From: Gammaproteobacteria bacterium | GTDB taxonomy: Bacteria; Pseudomonadota; Gammaproteobacteria; Eutrophobiales; Eutrophobiaceae | Assembly (NCBI GenBank): GCA_021773245.1 | Contig: JAJFKK010000038.1 | Coordinates: 102-64,101, forward strand | Length of the DNA stretch: 64,000 bases | Direction: 5' to 3' | Part shown: piece by piece, positions 56,433 to 64,000 of the stretch | Numbering within the stretch: the stretch's first letter is position 1 | Layout of the letters: every line of letters starts with the position of its first letter | Position numbers and translations under genes: made by a program | Notes under the pieces: generated by a model | Seen by the model: only the letters and a program-made list of their open reading frames with translations | What the model was told of the DNA's origin: nothing | Databases searched by the model: none

Positions 56433-57560
56433 ATGGATAAAACCCTTAGAATAGAAGCAATAAAGCAAGCCATGGATAAGGCTGGCCTTAACCAAGCTGC
56501 GCTCTCTGCAAAGCTGAGTGTTTCAAAAGAAATCGTTTCCAAATGGCTTAGTGGTGTTAAGTTCCCGCGTCCAGATAAATTACTTAGATTATCTAGTGCT
56601 TTGGAATTAAATTACGATGAACTCGTTGAGATTATTTCTCAGGTTAATGAACCGATAATAGCTTTTCGTAAAAAAGGTAGTACAAAAACAACAGAAAAAC
56701 ATATTAATAGAGCTAAAAATATAGGTCGTTTGTTATCTTGTTTAGTTTCTTATTTGCCCTTTGATGAATTTGTTCAGCCATCAAAATTAAAAAATCCCAA
56801 ACTTGAGTATGAATATGTTCAATCCTTTACTTTTAAAGTTCGTAAAGAAATAGGATTGCGAATAGATCAGGTAATTGATTTTACTGATTTAATTCATACA
56901 TTTCATGAATTACAGGCAGTAATTGTCCCTGTTATGTGGGGAAAGAAGAATGTACATGAAAATGCACTTCATATTTATTTGCCTGATTCAATGACGACTT
57001 GGGTTTATTTGAACTTAGATACAGAGTTACATGATTTTAAGTTTTGGATGGCTCATGAATTAGGTCATGTATTTAGTCCTGATCTAAGAGGAAATGAAGC
57101 AGAAGATTTTGCTGATGCATTTGCCGGAGCATTATTATTCCCTCAAGAATTGGCCAAGCAGGCATATAAAAGTATATCTTCAAGTAAAAGCGATAAAATA
57201 AGAATTTCTAAAATTAGAGACTATGCACTTGAATATTCAATATCTTTAATCTCTGTATATAAAGAAATTAATAATTATGCTATTTATAATAGTTTGCCTA
57301 AGATAGATTTAGGAAATAGTTTGTTTGGGGCAAATACAAATTTTAATAAAATGTTTGCAACTGTAAGTGGTTCATTATTTGAAAATGAATCTCCAAATGC
57401 TGAAGATTATATTCAAAGAACTTCAGATGTTTTTGAAACTCCTTTTTTTGATACTTTGAAAAAGTATCTAGTTGAACACGGAAAGTCAGCAAGTTATGTA
57501 CAGTCTATTCTTGATACTCCGCTAATTGACGCAAAGGAACTGTATGCGGAGTTGACTTGA
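56433..57560 (+). CDS. XRE HTH fused to ImmA/IrrE (M78) metallopeptidase
   Basis: 375 aa; N-terminal HTH (LNQAALSAKLSVSKEIVSKWLSG), HExxH motif MAHELGHVF. Confidence 0.8.
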   Translation: MDKTLRIEAIKQAMDKAGLNQAALSAKLSVSKEIVSKWLSGVKFPRPDKLLRLSSALELNYDELVEIISQVNEPIIAFRKKGSTKTTEKHINRAKNIGRLLSCLVSYLPFDEFVQPSKLKNPKLEYEYVQSFTFKVRKEIGLRIDQVIDFTDLIHTFHELQAVIVPVMWGKKNVHENALHIYLPDSMTTWVYLNLDTELHDFKFWMAHELGHVFSPDLRGNEAEDFADAFAGALLFPQELAKQAYKSISSSKSDKIRISKIRDYALEYSISLISVYKEINNYAIYNSLPKIDLGNSLFGANTNFNKMFATVSGSLFENESPNAEDYIQRTSDVFETPFFDTLKKYLVEHGKSASYVQSILDTPLIDAKELYAELT

Positions 57561-58120
57561 TGTCGCAGTCAAAAATTCTAATTGATAGTAATTCCTATTT
57601 TAGATTAGCCAAAAGTATACACCCGCTTTTGAATGAGGTGTTTGGTGAATTAGAATATTGTTTATATGTACTAAAGGAACTGGAAAAAGAATATGACCGA
57701 AACCCTCGTTTAAAAACTAAGTTTCATTGGGTAAATGAAGATGAATATTTTCAGAATAGAAAAAAGAAAGTAAATATTTCAAATAAAGAAAAAAAAGAAA
57801 TAGAAAGGACTATAGGATTTTTAGAAGGATATAAAAATGACAATTGCTTAGGAACTTCTCCAATAGATATAAAATATCTAGCAACGGCTTTTATTTTAGA
57901 TATACCTGTTGTAACAGATGATATAGATATGCTTAACCTAGGAAAAGCATTTGATATTGTAACTATGACTAGTATGGACTTGCTGAAGTTAATGTTAGAA
58001 AGCGATCATATAAACATTGAAAAAGTAAGAGAAACAGTATCGTATTGGAAATATATAAAAGATATACCAGCAAACTATAAAAAGAATTACAAAAAATTAT
58101 TTAAAGAAAATGCTCCTTAA
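57560..58120 (+). CDS. PIN-like (DUF4411-like) putative nuclease/toxin
   Basis: ATG overlaps the ImmA stop (TGATG); ILIDSNSYF N-terminus and VVTDDIDM acidic motif consistent with a PIN-like fold. Confidence 0.55.
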   Translation: MSQSKILIDSNSYFRLAKSIHPLLNEVFGELEYCLYVLKELEKEYDRNPRLKTKFHWVNEDEYFQNRKKKVNISNKEKKEIERTIGFLEGYKNDNCLGTSPIDIKYLATAFILDIPVVTDDIDMLNLGKAFDIVTMTSMDLLKLMLESDHINIEKVRETVSYWKYIKDIPANYKKNYKKLFKENAP

Positions 58121-58305
58121 ATAAATATCATTTCATCATACATTTATTGTTTTCATTAATTATTCGAACAATTAACTTTGCATCTACGTTAAACTAGGAC
58201 TCTTGTTTTTAACTTTGAGTTCACCATTGATTAACCTTCCTTTTAAAAATCGATATCTGGAATTGGGTGAATATTGGAGTGCGGGGTCAGATACCGTCTT
58301 AAAGA

Positions 58306-59298
58306 TCAAGCAAAATTCTTATCAAATGGCATACCACTTTTCAAAACCCCATAAATAATGTGAACGAGTTTTCGCATAGCAGCACCAACAATCGCCATTT
58401 TAGATTTACCTGCTTTTGTTAATCGCAACTTTAATTCTATGATTAATGGGTTATGTTTTAACGCGACTAATGCCGGCATAAAGAAGGCCTTGCGTAAATT
58501 AGAACGCCCCATCTTTGACATCCTTGCACGTGAACGTAATGACGTTCCGGATTCTCGTGTTTTCGGTGCAACGCCAATAAATGCCGCCAAGGCTTTTGCA
58601 TTTTTGAATTGAGTGATGTTACCAAACTCGGAAAGAATGACATTGATAGTGGCTTCACCAATGCCTGGAATGCTTTCCAGTAATACTTTTCTTTTCTTCA
58701 TATCGGGGTGATCATCGATGTGTTGTTTAATCATTTTCTTTACCTTCTTTATCTCTTTATCAAGATACGCAAGGTGATGATGTAGTTGTTCTGCAATGAG
58801 ATCACTGGCACCTTCAAGCCGATTACTTTCTTGTCGATGCATATTTCCCAATGCCTCTAAGCGTCGTACCAGGTCACGACATTGGCGTATTTCCACTGGT
58901 AGTGGTTGCCAGAGCGAGGGCTCCAGTGCGAGACAAAAACGCGCAATCAAACTCGCATCAACTTTGTCTGTTTTAGTACGCAGTTGTTCACTTTGTGCAA
59001 AGCCTTTGACACGCGCTGGATTGACAATACTAATATTTATTTCGTTGTCATATAAATATTCAGCTAAGGCTTCACCATAAACACCAGTGGCTTCCATACA
59101 CGCATGCAGTTCCTGAGCATCGTGTTTACTGAGCCAAGCCAGTAATGTTTGATAGCCTTTTGTATTATTAAAGAATTTCTTGTGTTTTAGTTTGTTACCT
59201 ATCAATAGCGCAACATCAAACTTCTGTTTGTATATATCGATACCCAGTGTTGTTTTGGTTGTTATCATTGTTCTGCTTACCTCGTGATGCAGGTTCAT
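58306..59298 (-). CDS. IS110-family DEDD transposase/recombinase
   Basis: 330 aa; LGIDI.K, MEATG.YGE, VNPARVKGFA, KTDKVDA, SIPGIGE, G..P....SG. Confidence 0.9.
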   Translation of the reverse strand: MNLHHEVSRTMITTKTTLGIDIYKQKFDVALLIGNKLKHKKFFNNTKGYQTLLAWLSKHDAQELHACMEATGVYGEALAEYLYDNEINISIVNPARVKGFAQSEQLRTKTDKVDASLIARFCLALEPSLWQPLPVEIRQCRDLVRRLEALGNMHRQESNRLEGASDLIAEQLHHHLAYLDKEIKKVKKMIKQHIDDHPDMKKRKVLLESIPGIGEATINVILSEFGNITQFKNAKALAAFIGVAPKTRESGTSLRSRARMSKMGRSNLRKAFFMPALVALKHNPLIIELKLRLTKAGKSKMAIVGAAMRKLVHIIYGVLKSGMPFDKNFA

Positions 59299-59451
59299 CC
59301 TTTAAGGAGACCTAAGATACCGTCCAGCATTGTGAACAAAATTGGTCGGGGCACCTATCTGACCCACAGGTTCAAGACCTAACGTCTTAGCGATGTCACC
59401 CGACCACGTTATTGAGTTATCATGATATCTCAACGACATTGATAAGATACG
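59299..59451 (-). ncRNA. Candidate IS110 bridge RNA (non-coding left end)
   Basis: 153-nt non-coding end upstream of the transposase; stem GGUCGGG/CCCGACC (59344-59405) encloses AGGUCUUGAA and GGGUCAG, the reverse complements of the two target half-sites plus CT core; 3' part contains GACGGUAUCUUAGG, matching both IS termini. Confidence 0.45.
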
Positions 59452-59531
59452 AGGTCTTGAATCTTGAATCTTGAATTTATTAATTACAGAAGTAAGAAAC
59501 CATAAGAATATATATCCTTTCATATAACTTC

Positions 59532-59672
59532 CGGAGTACCCCATGGGTAATTCACTAATCGCTTAAATGAAGAATGCGGGTTTGGATAAAACTCAAAGTT
59601 GATATTATGAATCGATCGACTTCAATCATTTTACTTCTGCTTGGGATGTTCCTGATCTTGGTGCGCTTTGCT
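59532..59672 (+). pseudogene. Tandem relics of the 5' ends of the DUF2058 gene (17618-) and of the DUF4870 gene (16324-)
   Basis: 59532-59598 aligns with 17618-17690 (CGGAG.AC.C.ATGGG.AATTCA.TAATCG...ATGAAGAA.GCGGG.TTGG); 59607-59672 aligns at ~70% with 16324-16397. Confidence 0.65.
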
Positions 59673-59765
59673 GACGCAGCCCTTTAATTTTATGAACACC
59701 ATGTTCTTAAATCGTAGGAATAGATCGAGTAGAATAGGATGTACTACTGAACGAGGAGGATTTAG

Positions 59766-59933
59766 ATGGCGACAAAACTAGAACAGGAAGAATACTTGTA
59801 CCGGCGTGCGATTGATATTATCGAGTCTACTGATACGGACTACGACAAAGAAAATTTGCTGTTTCAGGAAGTCTGGATCCCTTTGGCGGAATTGTACAAA
59901 GATAAAATCATCACCCCTAAGCCCAAGGACTAG
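59766..59933 (+). CDS. Hypothetical 55-aa protein
   Basis: Strong AGGAGGA Shine-Dalgarno 5 nt upstream of ATG; MATKLEQEEYLYRRAIDIIES...; below the ORF-track cutoff. Confidence 0.35.
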   Translation: MATKLEQEEYLYRRAIDIIESTDTDYDKENLLFQEVWIPLAELYKDKIITPKPKD

Positions 59934-59986
59934 CAAGAAACCCAAAGAGTTAAAAGGGATCAGTGACAAATGCGAAAGTGATCGGG

Positions 59987-60808
59987 CTAGCGCCAGGACG
60001 CCGGGTCCAGATTATAGAATCTTTTCAGTTGTACATATAAGTCCGGCAATTTTTTCTGCATCTGTCTGGGTTTTTCGAAGAAGGATTCTGTTGCTACGGC
60101 AAAGAATTCCGCTGGCGAGACTGCGCCGTATTCATCGATAACAGAATTTTTCCCTTTTTCTACTCTAATCAATAGTGATTCATATTCTTTGCTTAGCACT
60201 TTGGCCCATTCTGCGTAATGGGAAATGTCGCGAAGTACCGGCAGGCCATCCATGCTGTCATTTGCCTCATCCAGCTTATGGGCGAATTCATGTAGCACGA
60301 CATTGTGTCCTTCATTACTATTTTTTGTTCCGCGCATAACATCTGCCCACGATAAGACGATGGGGCCACGGTGCCAGGACTCGCCTGCTCTTACGCTTTC
60401 TTTTTCGGTTACAAGCAAGCCATGATAATGGATTTCCTTGCTGACATAGGTATTCGGATAAACCAGGATAGAGGTAAAGCCCGGAAAGCATTCTTTATCC
60501 CGTTGTAACAGGAGCAGGCAGGCATTCCCGGCGATGGTGATGCGGATCTCGTCGGTGATCTCCAAACCCGCACAGCCAAAGAATTCTTTTTCATCAAGGA
60601 AGATATTGATGCGGCCATACAGTTCTGGGCGCAGGTCTTCCGGCAGCAAGGCGTAGAGTGTGACGTTACGTTCCAGTAACGGCATCCATTCGGGAGGTAA
60701 TGGTTTTAGGAACAGCCTGTTGCGTCGGGCGCGTTGTAATCGTGAGTGACTCACCCAGATCAGGATGATGATAACGATTATGCTGAATAAGATAAGGATA
60801 GGGGACAT
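59987..60808 (-). CDS. mtfA: MtfA-like M90 zinc peptidase
   Basis: 273 aa; N-terminal TM, HEFAHKLD zinc motif, GPIVLSW, SPAEFFAV.TE.FF as in E. coli MtfA. Confidence 0.8.
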   Translation of the reverse strand: MSPILILFSIIVIIILIWVSHSRLQRARRNRLFLKPLPPEWMPLLERNVTLYALLPEDLRPELYGRINIFLDEKEFFGCAGLEITDEIRITIAGNACLLLLQRDKECFPGFTSILVYPNTYVSKEIHYHGLLVTEKESVRAGESWHRGPIVLSWADVMRGTKNSNEGHNVVLHEFAHKLDEANDSMDGLPVLRDISHYAEWAKVLSKEYESLLIRVEKGKNSVIDEYGAVSPAEFFAVATESFFEKPRQMQKKLPDLYVQLKRFYNLDPASWR

Positions 60809-60957
60809 TGATAGCTAAATTAAAACACATTCTGTGCTTTGTGAAGAAGTTATCTTTGCTAATCAATCGAACCGGTCGCTTCTTTACGCCATGACATCGC
60901 GGCATTAGTACTTCCCTGTACGTCTATCATTTGGTTTAATTCATCTATACTTTACAC

Positions 60958-61917
60958 ATGAAAGCCAAGTCCTTTAATCTACAAACAACACGCCGTGAGT
61001 TTTTAAAATCAGTCAGTGGTGTGGCCTTGTCGCCGTTTGCTTCTTCGTTTTTGCCCGCTTCAGTGTTTGCTGAAGACGTTGTTTCAGATTCAATTCTGAC
61101 TAAAGCGATTCCGGTTTCGTCTGAACAGATTCCGGTGATCGGTATGGGGTCATGGCAAACTTTTGATGTAGATGATGATGCAGAAAACCGTGCACGTTGT
61201 GTCAAGATACTGGAGTCGTTTTTTAAACGCGGTGGCGGCATGATCGATTCTTCGCCGATGTACGGTTCGTCACAAGAAGTGATTGGTCATAGTCTTGCAC
61301 AACTGAAACCACATCCCGGTTTATTTTCTGCGACCAAGGTCTGGATTATCGGCAAGTCGTTTGGTATTGGCCAGATGGAAGATTCGCAATACTTGTGGGC
61401 TATCCCGCGTTTTGATCTGATGCAGATCCATAATATGTTGAACTGGCGCACGCATCTCGAAACCTTGAAGGAATGGAAAGCAGTGGGACGAATCCGTTAT
61501 ATCGGTATTACCACCTCACATGGACGGCGACATGAAAAGCTTTATAAAGCCTTACAGGAAGAAGCGTTTGATTTTGTGCAGTTCACTTATAATGTTGTTG
61601 ATCGCGAGGTAGAACAACGTTTATTACCCCTGGCCAGGGAACGCGGTATTGCCGTGATCATTAATCGTCCGTTTCAACACGGTGCGTTGTTTGATCGGGT
61701 TAGGAATAAACCCTTGCCGGATTTTGCTGCCGAGATCGATTGCGCTAACTGGGCACAGTTCTTTTTAAAGTTTATTGTTTCGCATCCTGCTGTGACCTGT
61801 GCGATTCCTGCAACCTCACAAGTCCCACATATGCAGGAGAATATGGGTGCCGCCTATGGACGCTTACCCGACCGAGCAATGCGCGAACGCATGCTTCAGT
61901 ATTTTTTTTCCATCTAA
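60958..61917 (+). CDS. Aldo/keto reductase with Tat-type signal peptide
   Basis: 319 aa; RREFLK twin-arginine motif; IDSSPMYG, IRYIGITTS AKR motifs. Confidence 0.8.
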   Translation: MKAKSFNLQTTRREFLKSVSGVALSPFASSFLPASVFAEDVVSDSILTKAIPVSSEQIPVIGMGSWQTFDVDDDAENRARCVKILESFFKRGGGMIDSSPMYGSSQEVIGHSLAQLKPHPGLFSATKVWIIGKSFGIGQMEDSQYLWAIPRFDLMQIHNMLNWRTHLETLKEWKAVGRIRYIGITTSHGRRHEKLYKALQEEAFDFVQFTYNVVDREVEQRLLPLARERGIAVIINRPFQHGALFDRVRNKPLPDFAAEIDCANWAQFFLKFIVSHPAVTCAIPATSQVPHMQENMGAAYGRLPDRAMRERMLQYFFSI

Positions 61918-61976
61918 TAGGTTTATTTCCATTACGGAATGATAAGATCCAGTAATAATTATAAATAAGATTGCTT

Positions 61977-62876
61977 ATGAATAGCGAAATAGGAAATGGC
62001 ACAACCCGCGAGATCGAGGGTAAGTCTTGCGTGTATTACGATGGATACTGGATTAGAAGTTATCATCTAAATAAGGATAGTTTTGCCGACAAGAAGCAGA
62101 TGATTGATTTGTTAACTCGTCGAGTGTTTCATCATGTCGAGCAGGGGATCAATACGCCGAGTAATCGTCTGGATGAGATTCGTGGCATTTATGATGCTGA
62201 GGATGATCCGGCAAGAAAACGGGTGAAAGGTGCAATGTTGGCGGGTTCTTTATTGAACCGTGGGCGTCATATTTTGACAGTGATTGTCGAACTGGAAGAG
62301 GCCGGGGTTAAGATTGAAAGCACTAATGAGTTACTGCACGAATGTGGCAGCTGTTTTATGGAAGCACTGGAGCTGGGTAAGAATATTAAACTGGCCGATG
62401 GCGGTGAAGGTATTGACGAACTCTGGGGTGAGCCTTTCAGAGTCTTTACTATGCCGATTAAAGAATTTTTTAAAACTCGTTATATCAAGATTGCACAAAC
62501 TATGTCCGAGATCGATCGGGTTAACGAAGCCGCGCGCAGTGTGATTTGTCAGTTCACCGAGTTTGATCATATTAAAGTCAAGTTAACTGAACTTACCGAG
62601 ATGACCAAGTTGGCCTGCGAAACAATACGTACCGATCCGGTTATCTTTGATGTCTGGCCACGATATATTGCTGCAAAAGAGAAATATGAAAACTGCATGC
62701 TCAATTTGTCGATTAACAATAATGAGACTGGTTATCCACTTTCTCTGGATGCTTATCGCCTGGTTAAAGAAGCTGGCATGCTGCTGGTTAAATTGGCGAC
62801 GCTACGCGTACCAATTCCGAATAGTGTTAAAGATTTCAGCCAACGTTGTGAAGACTTTGATATTAAAAATAATTAA
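61977..62876 (+). CDS. Hypothetical protein
   Basis: ~299 aa from the ATG at 61977; no recognised domain. Confidence 0.5.
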   Translation: MNSEIGNGTTREIEGKSCVYYDGYWIRSYHLNKDSFADKKQMIDLLTRRVFHHVEQGINTPSNRLDEIRGIYDAEDDPARKRVKGAMLAGSLLNRGRHILTVIVELEEAGVKIESTNELLHECGSCFMEALELGKNIKLADGGEGIDELWGEPFRVFTMPIKEFFKTRYIKIAQTMSEIDRVNEAARSVICQFTEFDHIKVKLTELTEMTKLACETIRTDPVIFDVWPRYIAAKEKYENCMLNLSINNNETGYPLSLDAYRLVKEAGMLLVKLATLRVPIPNSVKDFSQRCEDFDIKNN

Positions 62877-62896
62877 CAGTCATGTTTAAAAATATT

Positions 62897-63050
62897 CGGA
62901 GTACCTGGTAAATCATCATTAATTCACTAATCGATCAGCTTAAAAAAACCGGGCTGGTTGATAAAGAAAGGCACATCAGGTCAAGCATGATCAATATAAA
63001 AACAAAAAGCAGAAAGTAAAAAAGGTTCGGCTGAGCAATTGGACGAAGTA
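62897..63050 (+). pseudogene. Second degraded copy of the DUF2058 gene 5' end
   Basis: CGGAGTACCTGG...AATTCACTAATCGATCAGC...GGGCTGGTTGATAAAGAAAGG...AAGCATGATCAATATAAAAACAAAAAGCAGAAAG aligns with 17618-17780 but has no intact reading frame. Confidence 0.7.
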
Positions 63051-63116
63051 TTAAAGGGCCAGGTCTGGCTTCTTGCTATTCAAAAGGTTCAGACAAGACT
63101 CTTTTATCAACATTGC

Positions 63117-63839
63117 TCAAGAAGGCCGCCGATACCACAGTGTACATAATGACTTGATGCGTACCGTGAAAGGAAACACGGCGAGTAGTAATACATAAAG
63201 ATAGATACGTAGCGGAGAATACCATTGTATCTTGCGCATTGAGGTGATGACCGGTGGTTGTTTGATAATGTTAAAGCTTTGTTTTCTTTTCTTTCCCAGT
63301 TTTTTCAGGTTTCTTGATAACCAGATTTCTTCGCTGGCATAGACGGCTTCGCTGAAGCCGCCAATGGTTTCAAAGGCGTCACGTTGGCAATAGATAAAAC
63401 TGCCTGCGGCACTTCGGGTTTGAATTGAAATAAAATTCCAGAAGTTGAGTAAGTATTGCATTGAAAAATGCAGTGGTATATCTCCGGATACGCAAGCACC
63501 GCCACCAATAATGTCACCGCTCTCAAGATTGATCAGGGCCTGTTCTAATAGGGCATGCGGTATGACGGTATCGGCATCGACAAAGATCAGGTAACGGCCT
63601 TGTGCTGTTTTTGCGCCTGCATTCCTGGCGCGCGATATTTGATTGATGGCTTCGAAGACGACTATTGCCCCCTGTTCTTCGGCGATCGCTGCTGTCCGGT
63701 CGCTGCAGTTATTATCTACCACGATGATTTCACCGCTGAGTGCTATTTGTGGCATGGCTTCTTGCAAGGCGTGCAATGTTGTCGCTAGATAATCTTCCTC
63801 GTTATAGGCGGGGATAATGATGGAATAGTCGATGGGCAT
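63117..63839 (-). CDS. Family 2 glycosyltransferase
   Basis: 240 aa; YSIIIPAYNEE, VVDNNCSD.T, FVDADT motifs. Confidence 0.85.
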   Translation of the reverse strand: MPIDYSIIIPAYNEEDYLATTLHALQEAMPQIALSGEIIVVDNNCSDRTAAIAEEQGAIVVFEAINQISRARNAGAKTAQGRYLIFVDADTVIPHALLEQALINLESGDIIGGGACVSGDIPLHFSMQYLLNFWNFISIQTRSAAGSFIYCQRDAFETIGGFSEAVYASEEIWLSRNLKKLGKKRKQSFNIIKQPPVITSMRKIQWYSPLRIYLYVLLLAVFPFTVRIKSLCTLWYRRPS

Positions 63840-64000
63840 AGTCAGTTTGTAGCCGAGTTAAGGTTTATAAATAATAACCTAAATAATGCGATGTGAGTGA
63901 TTAAGCAAGACGATAATCAATTGATTTCAAGATTTTGTAAAAACGCATTAAATCTTGCTGATGCAAGTCACTCTATGAATTAATGTATGAAGGTCGAGTA

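Larger units (their letters stand above)
58291..59451 (-). mobile_element. IS110-family insertion sequence (~1.16 kb) inserted in a heptamer-repeat site
   Basis: Flanks GCGGGGTCAG (58281-58290) and GTCTTGAATCTTGAATCTTGAA (59454-59475) reconstitute the site class seen intact at 47309-47337; AG (CT on the IS sense strand) borders both ends; no terminal inverted repeats, as expected for IS110. Confidence 0.75.

Noticed and set aside
59302-59544. 80-aa minus-strand ORF upstream of the IS110 transposase
   Set aside because: It spans the IS non-coding left end and crosses the IS/target junction. The region is better explained as the bridge-RNA-encoding end, and there are no protein motifs.
43394-59700. 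tRNA/tmRNA gene or tyrosine/serine integrase at the island borders
   Set aside because: Scanning by eye found no cloverleaf-like GGTTCGAATCC-type T-arm sequences, and no integrase-like ORF occurs in the six-frame track. The only recombinase is the IS110 transposase.
43466-59720. 12-nt identity TAAATCGTAGGA at 43466 and 59709 as a definitive att core for the whole 16-kb island
   Set aside because: Exact 12-mers are expected by chance many times in 64 kb of AT-rich DNA. It is retained only as supporting context in the ppnN-duplication finding.

Overview
AT-rich (roughly 35-38% GC by eye) chromosomal segment with gammaproteobacterial gene content and synteny; all domain calls come from reading motifs in the ORF translations, with no database search. 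Positions 1-36.8 kb are mostly conserved genes: yicC, rph, rdgB, hemW, a Cache-type Ser/Thr kinase, an ABC exporter, ybiT, dbpA, rhlE, blc, a SulP transporter, a CDF transporter and cbpA/cbpM. They are punctuated by a GC-rich ~100-bp repeat family that overlaps gene 3' ends. From 36.9 kb the window becomes an accessory mosaic. It holds hipBA next to a relic of mltC-ychJ, a GNAT/DUF1778 (TacAT-like) pair, an orphan parD, and an AbiE module with a frameshifted toxin bracketed by a duplicated ppnN 3' end. A ~14-kb defence-type island follows (45.5-59.5 kb): a NERD protein, an unknown gene, a McrB-like GTPase with tandem putative DNA-modification readers, a DUF2357/McrC-like nuclease, a translationally coupled HIT protein, a PLD-SF2 helicase fusion, an XRE-ImmA/IrrE plus PIN-like pair, and an IS110-family element with a candidate bridge RNA. 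The McrB-like/McrC-like/HIT/PLD-helicase cluster, which has no methyltransferase, is the best candidate here for an undescribed defence system. From ~60 kb GC content rises (~45-50%) over mtfA-like, aldo/keto reductase and GT2 genes. No rRNA, tRNA or CRISPR array was seen.
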